DNA from: Camelus ferus | Lineage: Eukaryota | Length of the DNA stretch: 64,000 nucleotides | NCBI RefSeq assembly: GCF_009834535.1 | Contig: NC_045697.1 | Span: 29,514,001-29,578,000 of the forward strand | Reading direction: 5' to 3' | Shown: piece after piece, positions 53,205 through 64,000 of the stretch | Numbering within the stretch: position 1 is the stretch's first letter | How the letters are laid out: each line of letters begins with the position of its first letter | Notes under the pieces: model-generated | What the model saw: only the letters and a program-made list of their open reading frames with translations | Told to the model about the DNA's origin: nothing | Database searches by the model: none | Program-made: the position numbers and the translations under genes

Positions 53205-53840
53205 AATCTATAGCTGGTAGCCATGAGAAACAACATGGAGCTACTAACACTTGGAAGGTAACTGAGGCACTGAATTTTAAACGTTATTTCACTATACATT
53301 TGACCCTTAAACAATGTAGGCCTGAACTGTGCTGATCCACTTATACTTGGATATTTTTCAACAGTGAATACTTAAGTACTGCATTATCCGTGGCTGGCTG
53401 AACCCCAGGATGTGTAGGAACTTAACCCCCATATTGTTCAAGGGTCCACTGTAATTAATTTAAATATAAATTTATACACTGATACTTGACTCTTTAGGAG
53501 AAACATTTAAGTAAGTTTGGAACTTCTTGGGTAGGTAAATCTACTTTTTCAACCATAAGTTTTACGAAATCTAAATAAAGATCAAGTGTTTCCAATGAAA
53601 ATTCTGCATCTGAGTTGAGTGTTAAAACATATGTTGATTTTGGAGACTTTGCATGAAATAAAATGTAAAATATCTCAATAATTTTAAAATGTTACACATT
53701 GAAATGATAACACTTTGAATTTAATGAGTTAAATAAAACACTGTTAAAATTATTTTCACTCATTTTTTTTAAATGTGGTTACTAGAAAATTTCAAATTAT
53801 GTATGTGGCTCAAATTATATTTCTATTGGAGGAGCACTGA
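53205..53840. mobile_element. hAT-Charlie element (MER33/Charlie5-like)
   Basis: taactgaggcactgaattttaa...aatgtggttactagaaaatttcaaattatgtatgtggctc...tatatttctattggaggagcactg. Confidence 0.7.
53297..53451. mobile_element. Tigger2/MER8-like MITE nested in the Charlie element
   Basis: TA|catttgacccttaaacaa ... ttgttcaagggtccactg|TA: imperfect TIRs with a TA target duplication. Confidence 0.82.
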
Positions 53841-54053
53841 TTTAGGAAATGCAGATGGGTTCTGAAACTTTACCCTATTCAAAATGTTATCTACTTCTCC
53901 CATAAAAAGCAAATATAGGCAGAAATGGTCGCTCAGCTGTAAAGCTAAAGGTTTACCAGCAAGTGCCTTTGTTTCCACAAAAATCACAGTGAGTTTCAAA
54001 GACACCCAAGACTCACAGTAGACCACCACAAGCTTCATATTAAGAATATAGTT

Positions 54054-54154
54054 GAGGAGGGGGTGGGGGTTTGGCTATAGCTCAGTGGTAGAGTACCTGC
54101 TTAGCATGCACAAGGTCTTGGGTTCAATCCCCAGTACCTCCATTGAAAAAAAAA
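54054..54154 (+). mobile_element. tRNA-Ala(AGC)-derived SINE, Vic-1-like
   Basis: tatagctcagtggtagagtacctgcttagcatgcacaaggtcttgggttcaatccccagtacctcca plus A tail; A box and B box present; near-TSD aatatagtt / aatatgtagtt. Confidence 0.85.
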
Positions 54155-55279
54155 TATGTAGTTATTTCAAAGTGAAAAATAAAATAAGCAAAACAATCTA
54201 GCAACAGGTTTCCCTTCCAGCAACGTTTTCATGTGTCCCACTAAAGAAAATTCATAATGCTTATGTGCCTTGTGACAATGCCACTGGAGCTCAAAAAATG
54301 TCCAACAGGACCACAGGAGAGCAGCAGAAATCACAAAAGCACTAGTAAACAAAGAAGCGAACAAGTAAATTAAGTGCCCACTTGTATTTTGTTTCAGTGT
54401 AAGATGCTACATATTTCCCCCCTGCCATTGGACATAAACATATAAATTCAAAATTATATACATATATCTTAATTCAATTTTTTATTACAACAATCCAATC
54501 CCCAATGTCTTTATTTTTGTCAACATGATGCCCCCGACCAAGGATGCTACAGTAAATTATCTCACTACAATCATGCCCTTACCTGTTCCATTTGCTTGAC
54601 TGTTCTTTTTATTTGTGATATTGTAGATTTAGAATAAAAAGAATTTTTCCCTTCTTTTTTTGTGTCTTTTACCTTTTTTCAGTGTGTAATCACACACTGT
54701 ACCCAACAGGCTTCAAATAGGAAACAGATGGTACAATCAAATCAAATATTTTGAGGATATAATTAAGGGACTAATTAAAAAAAAAAAAAAGTGCCACGGT
54801 AGGAAAATCCCAAGGGATAATGCAGACCCCAGGACGGGTAAGAGCAAGTTACCATCTGAAGGAGGAGAGAGCTGTGTGCAGGGGGTGCACTGCCCAACAC
54901 CACCACCATCTTCCCTGGACGTTCACAGCCAACTTTCAGCAACCCTGTACAAAACTGGTATTTTCTCCTGTTCTCATCACCTGATCCCTCCCTTGGCTAT
55001 AAGGATGAGAAATTATTCCTCATTAAGCTTAAGTCATATGTAACTCCTCTTTTTTCAAGGAATAAATGAAAACTCAACAAGTGTTCATCCACTCAGATCC
55101 AGCTCAAGTATTGCATCCTTGATAAAAATTTTCTTTGAATTACCAACTTGTTTAATCACTATCATTCTACCACTAAACTTTCTACATACATCTATTATTA
55201 TACTAACATACAACATTAAATTTTTATTTTTATCTTTTTTCCCTATAGAGGGTAAATACCTTGAAGAAAGGACTGCCTT

Positions 55280-55455
55280 ATTTTTATTTTTTTACTGAGG
55301 TATAATTGACATAAAATTATATTTTTAGGCATATAGTGTAATGATTTAGTATTTGTACATATTATAAAATGATCACCACACTAAGTCCAGTTAACAACTA
55401 CTGCCATACATAATTACAAAACTTTTTTCTTCTGATGAGAACTTCCTATGTACTT
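55280..55455 (-). mobile_element. Short old L1 3' end
   Basis: tttttactgaggtataattgacataaaattatatttttaggcatatagtgtaatgatttagtatttgtac. Confidence 0.7.
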
Positions 55456-57274
55456 TTAAATGATGCCAAAGAGAAACAAAAGATATAAAATAAAAGTCAG
55501 ACAAAGAATTTCACTTTCCCTGTCTTCCCCAAACACAGTCCAAAAAAATATGACAAATTCCTCTCAATTTAGCCAGCTCTCTGTCCTGTCTGCTCCCGCT
55601 TCAGACCCTCAGAACTTCCCACAGTTCCATACCTACTGCCCTGGCCTCAGTCCAATCCTCTGACATCTCCCAGATCCATCCCAGCTCCACAGCGCCACAT
55701 AAACACCGCTCCGTTCACAATCCCTTTCTATACAAAGACCTTCAGGATAAAGCTCTTTCAGCCATTGACAATCTAATACCCAACTGATCCTAGAACCTCT
55801 CATTTACTCAAATCTTTCATTACCTTCATTCAAACAACCACCTTCCTGAAAACTCTAATCCAACACGATCCTTGCAATAACACTCTCTGGCTATAATGAG
55901 TATTTTATAATGTCCTCTTGACTATCTTGAAGTGAAATTCATACATAATATAACCCACGTACCCACTTAAATTCCAGAACAACAGAAATGAAAGGGGAGA
56001 GAGACGTGTCAGTAGGCAAATTCTCGGGGCCTGGCTACACTCGTGGTCATAAGAAACAGCCATCAGATGCTTGCTTCTCTGGGAAGAATCATGGTGAGTG
56101 TGACAGCTCTGAATGCAAACTGACAGAAGCGTGTGCTGTGCTGTCAACCCAGATGTGATTTGCATACCTGTTAATAACATCAATTTCAAAATGTTGAACA
56201 ATTCTATGAAATTTCCAAAAAATATTAAATACAATTATCTTTCAGTTAGAAGGAATTCCCACTTCTAGAATACATAGTGTATCTTAAGGCCATAAAAAAA
56301 TACTTTGCTAGAACTTCTAGGCTCAGGTCATCACAAGCATGGTGTTCACCTACATGTATACTGGGTAGGAAATGTGTAAGCTCTGCAGAGTGAAGACGTT
56401 CTTTATTGTGCAGGGTTGTCCTGGGTACTGCCAGACATTTATCACCCCCCTCTCCACCTCAAAAATACAAATAGCGGGCCTAAGGGGTGCTCTAGACATC
56501 GCCTCACTTTGAAAATTAGAACCTCAGTCCAGAGTTCTCTCTTCCTCTTCTTAACTCATTCAACACTTAAGTCCTACACAATCCTGAACCAATACTTAAT
56601 GTCTGAAGGCATATGTTATTCAACTGCAAACTGCAGTTACCACCAATCTGACAGTTACTATGAGGATCAAAGGAGAGATATAGGTTGCTTGCTCATTTTG
56701 CCTAATGACTGGCAGATACTAAACATTCAATAAATGCTCACTGCTTTTACTATTGTTATTATTATTTATTTTTTTCTTATACATATGATCTTCTTTCTCA
56801 ATGAGGTTGTAAGCTTTCTGAAGAAAAGCAAAGTGTCTTGGAAATCTTTGCACATCCATCAAAGTACTCAGGAAACTCTGGTGGCCCACATCCTCTTGTC
56901 TTCTCTCCTTGCCCTGTCTTGCCCTCTTGTAAAAATGTTCACAAATAATAAGCTGAGTCCAAGAATGGAGCTAAGAACTGTAATTACAATGGAAAGCTTC
57001 TTTCTGCCATTACTGAAATCATTTCTGTAATCTGCCAAGTACAGGTAAAACCTGTCAAAAACCAGTCCTCTTACCCTTGATGTTGAAAATCTACAGGGTT
57101 TTATTAGTTGATAAATACTTTTAAAGTAGGCATTGCATTCCAGGGTTAGACCTATCTCCAAATTCATACTGATTCAATCTTAAAGGTTTTAATCATTTTT
57201 TTCCTGAAGAATTTCACCTCTGTTTCCAGATCTATACAATGGAGGAGCTGCATCAGACACTCAGGGTTCCTTTC

Positions 57275-57545
57275 AATAACAACACTACGTAACACTTACC
57301 GAGCACTTTACTACGTGCCAGGCATTGTGCTAAGTGGGTACTTTATAAGGGTTCTTTCTCATTTACCACTTCTAACAATCTTACGAGAAAGGGAATACTA
57401 TTACATCAATTTTACTGATGGAGAAACCGAGGCATGGAGGGTTAGGTAACTGGTCCCAGGTCACAGGAGAGGCAAGGGACAGAGCTGGCTGGTATCAGGA
57501 TCCACATCTATTTGCTTCCAAAGACCAGGATCATGACCATGATGA
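57275..57545. mobile_element. MIR SINE
   Basis: ctacgtgccaggcattgtgctaag...ttttactgatggagaaaccgaggcatggagggttaggtaactggtcccaggtcacag. Confidence 0.78.
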
Positions 57546-57853
57546 GCCTCAAGACTCAAGATGCTTTCTCTTGAAGTTGACTCAAATCACCAGAATTAAC
57601 TAATTCTGCAAGATAATTCTTGCCACATTATTATTCTTCTGAAGTTTATGTCCAACATCCTGACATCCAGGTAAACTGAAAACAAAGGGCACTCTCAGGA
57701 AACAAACAAACAAACAAACAAACAGACTCTCAGAAAGCAAACAAACAAAAGACAAAGAGGACTCTCAGCTGCTGGCAAGCAAAACCTGAGTCCTCTTTTT
57801 CCTTACAGCTCAAAAGAGCAAAATAGAGTACAATTAAGAATAACTGTGTGTAA

Positions 57854-58002
57854 GGGAGGGTATAGCTCAGTAGTAGAGTGTATGTCTAGCATGCACGAGA
57901 TCCTGGGTTCAATCCCCAGTACCTCTATTAAAAAAATAAATAAACCTACTTACCACCCCCTAAAAAAACCCCAAAAATAAAAATAAAAAAAAATTAAAAA
58001 AA
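57854..58002 (+). mobile_element. tRNA-Ala-derived SINE, Vic-1-like, with A-rich tail
   Basis: gggagggtatagctcagtagtagagtgtatgtctagcatgcacgagatcctgggttcaatccccagtacctc, tail aaataaataaacctacttaccacccc(A-rich); TSD gtgtgtaa at 57846-57853 and 58003-58010. Confidence 0.88.
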
Positions 58003-58369
58003 GTGTGTAAAACTGTTTCTCAATCTGCGGGTAGGTTCTAAAATCAGAAAATGATGTAAAATTCAACAACACTCAAACTTACTTTGAAAAATCTTTTAAG
58101 TTGACTTAGTGTAATGCTTTCCATTAAACAATTAAAGTGTGTGCAATTTTATAATGCACACATAATAAAGAGTATTTAATAAGTGTATGTACATGCAAAT
58201 TTTTATTCCAGTATTTTGTTTTTCTGTAGAGAAGAGAGTAGAGAGGTATGACATATAATACTCTATGAGAATAAACTTGATTAAAAAAATTTTTTAGATA
58301 TAATTACTAGTAACAATTTCTTGACATCCACATACCTGGGTGCTACATATCTGCTGTTAAGAATCACTG

Positions 58370-59873
58370 CCAAAACAATCTTAAGAACGAACAGAGTTGG
58401 AGGAATCATGCTCCCTGGCTTCACACTATATTACAAAGCTACAATAATCAAAACAGCATGATACTGGCACAAACAGAGACACACAGATCAATGGAACAGG
58501 ACAGAGAGCCCAGAAATAAACCCAAGCACGTGTAGTCCATTAATCTAATGACACAGGAGACAAGAATATATAGTGGAGAAAAGACAATCTCTTCAACAAA
58601 TAGTGCTGGGAAAACTGGACAGCTACATGTAAAAGAATGAAATTAGAACATTCTCTAACAAGACATACAAAAATAAACTCAAAATAGATTAAAGACCTAA
58701 ATGTAAACTTGGATACTATAAAATTCCTAGAGGAAAATACAGAACACTCTTTGACATAAATCACAGCAATATTTTGGAGGATCTGTCTTCTAAAGTAAAT
58801 AAAATAAAAGCAAAAGTAAACAATTGGGACCTAACTAAAGTTAAAAGCTTCTGCATAGCAAAGGAAACCATCAAAAAAATGAAAAGATAACCTACTGAAT
58901 GGGAGAAAAATATCTGCAAATGATATGACTGATAAGGGATTAATAGCCAACATATATAAACAGCTCATATAACTCAACATCAAAAAAAAAAAAAAACCTG
59001 ATTAAAAAATGGGCAGAAGAACTGAAAAGACACTTTTCCAAAGAGGAAATACAGGTAGTCAATAGGCAAATGAAAAGATGCTCAACATCATAAAATTATC
59101 AGGGAAATGCAAATCAAAAACACAATGAGATATTACCTCACAAAGGTCAGAATGGCTATCATCAAAAAGAACACAAATAACAAATGTTGGTGAGAATGCA
59201 GAGAAAAGGGAGTCCCCCTTCACTGCTGGTAGAATGTAAACTGGTTTGGCCACTGTGGAAAACTGTATGGAGGTTTCTTAAAAAACTAAAAATAGAAATA
59301 CCATGACTCAGCAATTCCACTCCTGGGTACATATCCAAACCCCTCCCCTAATTAGAAAAGATACATGCACCCCAATATGCATAGCAGCATTATTTACAAT
59401 TGCCAAGATATGGTAGCAACTTACGTGTCCATCAACACATGAATGGATAAAGAAGATGTGGTATCTATACACAATGGAATACTACTGAGCCATAAAAAAG
59501 AATAAAATTTTGCCACCTGCAACAACAGAGATGGACTTGGAGGGCATTATGTTAAGTGAAAGAAGTCAGACAGAAAGACAAGTACTGTATGATATCACTT
59601 TATATGGAATCTAAAAAATACAACCAACTGATGAATGCAACAAAAAAGAAGCAAACTCACAGATGTAAAGAACAAACTAGTGGTGACCAATGGAGGGGAA
59701 GGACAATATAGGGGTGGAGGAGGGAGAGGCACAAACTACTGGGTATGAGATAGGCTCAAGGATGTACTGTACAGCACGGGGAACACAGCCAATATTTTGT
59801 AATAACTGTAAGTAGAACATAACTTTTAAAAATTGTATAAAAATTCTAAAACATTTAAAAAATAAATAAATAG
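58370..59873 (+). mobile_element. 5'-truncated L1 (~1.5 kb; disrupted ORF2 C-terminus, 3' UTR, A-rich tail)
   Basis: Begins ccaaaacaatcttaag...ttggaggaatcatgctccctggcttcacactatattacaaagctac (GGIMLPGFTLYYKA); stops and frameshifts; flanked by an ~87-bp direct repeat. Confidence 0.95.
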
Positions 59874-60321
59874 AAAAATTTTTAGATATAATTACTAGTA
59901 ACAATTTCCTGCCATCCACATACCTGGATGCGGCGTATCTATTGTTAAGAATCACTGTTCCGGAAGAGCCTAAAGTTACCACTTCTACAACTTAAAACAG
60001 AGGCAAAAAATTTGCAGCAATAAAGGTGTAGGGACTAATCCTATCTCTAAAGTCTGTATCTTAAGCAAAAACACTTAAAAGAGGTTGATTTGTGATTCTA
60101 GCTTTTTGTTTTACTTCATTCAATGTTCTCAAAGCTAGATTTCAAAACCAACTCCAAGAACAAAGAAAAACAAGCACAGACATGGAAAAATCTGTTTCCT
60201 GAAATATATCCCAGGGGAAAAAAACAACTAGAACAGAAATAAATTTTTCAAGACAAAACAATAAATATAGATTTTTTTCCATTTATGAGTTAACTTTATA
60301 ACTCTTAACAAGAAACTTTTT

Positions 60322-60365
60322 TTTTCAATTGAAGTACAATTACAATGTGTCAATTTCTGGTGTAC
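60322..60365 (-). mobile_element. 44-bp L1 3'-terminal insertion with 13-bp TSD
   Basis: TSD caagaaacttttt at 60309-60321 and 60366-60378; insert ttttcaattgaagtacaattacaatgtgtcaatttctggtgtac. Confidence 0.82.
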
Positions 60366-60499
60366 CAAGAAACTTTTTAAATGAAGCAAAAGCTTTATGC
60401 TTCCTCCACAAATATACTTGATTCCCATTTTTCATATTTCAAAGGCACAGTATTTGCAGTTTAGAAATAACAGCAATGGTTAATGCTTCTAAGACGTGC

Positions 60500-61030
60500 C
60501 AGTTTAAAACATGCTTCTGGATAGCTGCGGAGAATGAACTCCATCAACCACTCTGTATGCTTGCCTTCTGCTCTAACTTTGCATTGAGTCCCTTCTCACT
60601 GACACTGGCCTAGCTATGCCACTTGCTTTGGTCAACAGGAGGTTAGCAAATGGGATGGTAGAGAAGCTCAAAAAGCATGGCCCATTTCCAGCGCCCTGAA
60701 AAAGATATGATCTGTACCACTCTGCTGCCACAAGAGCATGCCCAGGCTGGCCTGCTGGAAGGATGTTGGAGACTTGGGTAGAATAGCTGAGTCCTCTTGG
60801 CCAAAGCCACTTAAACCAGCCTAAGCCAGCCAACCGTCAGACATGTGGGAGAGCCCTGCAAAGATCTGCACGCTATACCTGCGGCTGACTGTAAGCACAT
60901 GAGTGAGCCCAGCAGAGACAGTAAGAATCACTCAGCCATCCCATAGAAACTAATGGCTGTCGTTTAAGCTACTAAATTTTTGGGTGGTTCATCATTACAC
61001 AGTATTACTGTGGCAACAGATAAATAATTA
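60500..61030 (+). mobile_element. Old ERVL-MaLR LTR (MLT1G/H-like)
   Basis: cacttgctttggtcaacaggaggttagcaaatg...gtttaagctactaaatttttgggtggttcatcattacacagtattactgtggcaacagataaataa. Confidence 0.7.
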
Positions 61031-61609
61031 TACTAACCATACCCACAACAACCAAAATGGGATAACAGAAGAGCCATTGGGATTAAACCTGAATTGATCC
61101 AGGAGAGATATGATGCTATGTGAGGATCCTGCTTCCAGGAATCAAGTTCTTTCTTGGAGATTTATGTCCTCCCTGAGTCACACAGGGCTGTCTTGATCAA
61201 TATAGACTGCAAATTTGTCTCCACAATTGTTCATTCACAGCACACATCCATTTACACTTTGCATATCAGAATACTCTGTGACACTAAATTTTAGGAATTT
61301 GTCATAAGGACATATGAGCACCACTATTTCTACTGGGAACAAGTTAAATGTCCATCAACAAACAGGAAAATGATTTAAATGAAGTATCACATTTATACAA
61401 TGGAATACTATGCATCATTTAAAAGTGAGGATGTTCCTACATTTAGTTACAAAAAAAAATCTCTACTAAATATTGAATGAAAAACCAGCAATAAAACAAT
61501 ATGATGAGTATATTGGCATTTCATACACAGTGCTTCCAAACTTTTCTGTATGTTTGAAAATCATAATAAAAAGTTGGAATAAAGGCAGTATGCATAGTGT
61601 CATTCATAC

Positions 61610-63490
61610 ATTTTAAAATATTTTTATGGTAAAATAAAATTTAGGAAATCACACAAAACAAATAGCTTATTAATTATTATAAAGAAAACACTGTTATAAC
61701 TACCACCCAGAGCATCTCAGAATGCCCTCTATGAATGCCCTCCTTTCCCCTGAAAGTAAACAAACTGCCTTAAACCTACAGGATTTACTTCCTTATGTTT
61801 CTTTATAATATCATTACCCAAGTGTACAACCCTGGTCAATACAGTTAATGCTTATCTATTTTTAAAAACGTGATATATATTTTAAGTTACACTTACTCTA
61901 TGTCCCCCTTCATCCTTTTCTTTATCTTACAGTTTAATCCTTAAAGAATCTAGACCATCTGAGCTATGGAGTTTCCACAGTATGAATTTCACTGCCTGCA
62001 TATTCACGGTGCAGGTGGACACGTTCCTCTACTCGCCAAATTTCCTGCAAATTGGCAGCTGGATTCAGAAGCTTGAAAAAACGTAGATTCAAACCATTTG
62101 GTGGTGTGATCTTTCATCAGGAAGCATATGATATCTGGTTTTCATCAGTTTGTAATGTTAGAAGGCATTGTCGCTCAGTGCTTGGATCCATTAAATCAAC
62201 TGAAGTTGCAAAATAATGATCATCTAATTCTCTCATTTCATTTCATTGACTGAGTGGAAAAAATTTTAGGAGGTACCTCCCTTCATCTACTACTTGGTTA
62301 ACCAGTGATCAGTTCATGTAAGAAAGGCAGGATAAATATTTGGTCCCTTCCTGACTACATTCAAGACAATGAAATTGGTTTTCCATTAATCTCAGGTAAT
62401 CAGTAATTTTTTTTTCTTATCATCAACCCTCATGGATTTAAATATATTTGCAATTCTTATTTTTGAAGCTCTAATTGTCCCATGCCAGTAGAAGCCTCTT
62501 CAAGTTGGCTCCTGAGTCCTTTTGACAGTCTTTGATCGCTCCCTTGCAAGCTATTATCTTGAGATATCCAGGCTCATCTTTGATCTCTCCAGCTGTTTTT
62601 GTAGTTTAAAGCTCACTCGTTAGAAGATTCCTTAGGAAGAGTTCATAGGAACAATATTTCCTCCTCTCACTTCTTGCATGTTAATAATAGTTGGTGTTCT
62701 TTATATTCTGGATCAATTTTGTTAAGACATAAAAAGTAGAGGCTCACATTTTCTTTTCTTTGAGGACTTTAAATATGTTATTCCATTTTCCTCTGACATA
62801 AAGAATTTCTGTCAGAAAGTCTGAGAACAATCTAATTCTTTTGTTGCTGTTTTTCTTTTTGTCTAGAGGTCCAAAGGAGGATCCTTCTCCTTCCCCTTCT
62901 CCCCTTTTTCTTTTTTATCCAGTAATTTTACTGGAATATCTTGGCATTAGTTGTTCTAGGTTAATATACTAAAATATAAAATTTGTCCACTTAAAAATGT
63001 AGTTTCAAATCTTTTTTCTTTCCAGGAAAATTTTCTGGAAATATAGTATTTGTACTGTTTCCTTGCTTTGGTTTTCTTTTCCTATCATGGTATATTCCAT
63101 CTTCTTTTCACATTTTCAATATTTGTCACCTTTTCCCAAAGTTTCTTTCTTCATTTCCTTTCCGTTTTTAACTTTTTTCTCCTTTTCACCCTCTAGTTCT
63201 CTTAAGGCAGTGTTTGTGGTAATTATTTGATTTTGTGTTCCATCTAACTTAGAATTTCTAAAATGACTTTTTAAAAACTTCTAACTGTTCTGTCACCTTG
63301 TCTCAGACGTGTGCTGCTCTTTCATGTCTCGTATAATTCTTTAATATTCTCTTTTAGTTTCTTTTGAAATAATATATTACAGCTTTATTTTTTTAAGCAT
63401 CTCCTTTTGGCATGTTTTCATTGTCTATAAGGATATTACTGTGTTCCTTTTTTTCTTTTTAATACTAAGTCTGTGTGGGATTTAATCTTG
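61610..63490 (-). mobile_element. Ancient L1 (L1MC/L1MD-like) fragments
   Basis: T-rich degenerate antisense L1 text, e.g. tttcctgcaaattggcagctggattcagaagcttg, gcctcttcaagttggctcctgagtccttttgaca, tcagaaagtctgagaacaatctaatt. Confidence 0.6.
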
Positions 63491-64000
63491 TTAGTGTTCT
63501 GTACCTTTATAAACTTTCATGCAAGTACAGAACACTGGCAAAGTGAATAAACAGTTCATAAAGGAATGAATAGACAAATTCATCAAAATGTTAACAGCAG
63601 CAATCTCTGCGTGGCAGGATTTAGAAAAGTGTCTTCTCATGTCTCACATGTTGCTGATTTGTGTAAATTTTTATAATGAGTATGAAGCATTTTCATACTG
63701 AAAGCAAAAGTTAAAACTGGGCTAAGGCTAAGTTTTACTAAAGGAGATGCGTTTAGTTTGTGAAAAGGAAGATAGTCACCACCCATCTGCTTTCCATGCT
63801 ATATTTGACAGATTTTACTCTGCAGCTCAGAAAACATGTTAATAGGACTTCTTGTGGTGAGAGGAAGGGATTAAAAAAGCAAAGAACCCTGTTGTGATCA
63901 TTTGGCACTATATGGGAAATGGCTCACAGCGCCTGCAACAAAGATAACATCTTCCCATAAATCTACAGTCCAAGACATCCCAAATATACACCCGAGAAAT

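Noticed and set aside
54071..54142. tRNA-Ala(AGC) gene
   Set aside because: The acceptor stem is broken (5' ttggcta vs 3' tacctcc), there is an A tail rather than a T terminator, near-TSDs are present, and a second copy lies 3.8 kb away. It is a SINE.
57754..57800. Hairpin plus T-run resembling a Rho-independent terminator
   Set aside because: Mammalian intron; this bacterial mechanism does not apply.
1..64000. CRISPR arrays, operons, prophage or a novel multi-gene system
   Set aside because: No repeat-spacer arrays or clustered long ORFs. The window is explained by two APBB2 exons plus intronic mammalian repeats.

Overview
Mammalian, repeat-rich intronic DNA, most likely camelid. The two tRNA-Ala(AGC)-derived SINEs resemble Vic-1, and the L1 3' ends resemble those I recall from camelids. 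The window lies inside APBB2 (FE65L1, amyloid-beta precursor protein-binding family B member 2) on the minus strand. Two exons are supported: a 69-nt start-codon exon (49970-50038, encoding MSEVLP plus the first base of Ala7) and an 813-nt exon (36856-37668) encoding the N-terminal region up to just before the WW domain. The rest is intron containing L1, L2, MIR, MaLR/ERV LTRs, hAT-Charlie and Tigger elements and microsatellites; the other supplied ORFs look spurious. I find no new multi-gene system. The most unusual items are a 1.5-kb L1 flanked by an ~87-bp target-site duplication, a tiny L1 carrying a probable ~130-bp 3' transduction, several ultra-short TSD-bounded insertions, and exon geometry that would give translatable APBB2 circRNAs. 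Repeat family names come from recalled consensus sequences, not from a search, and repeat boundaries are approximate unless TSDs or TIRs are quoted.
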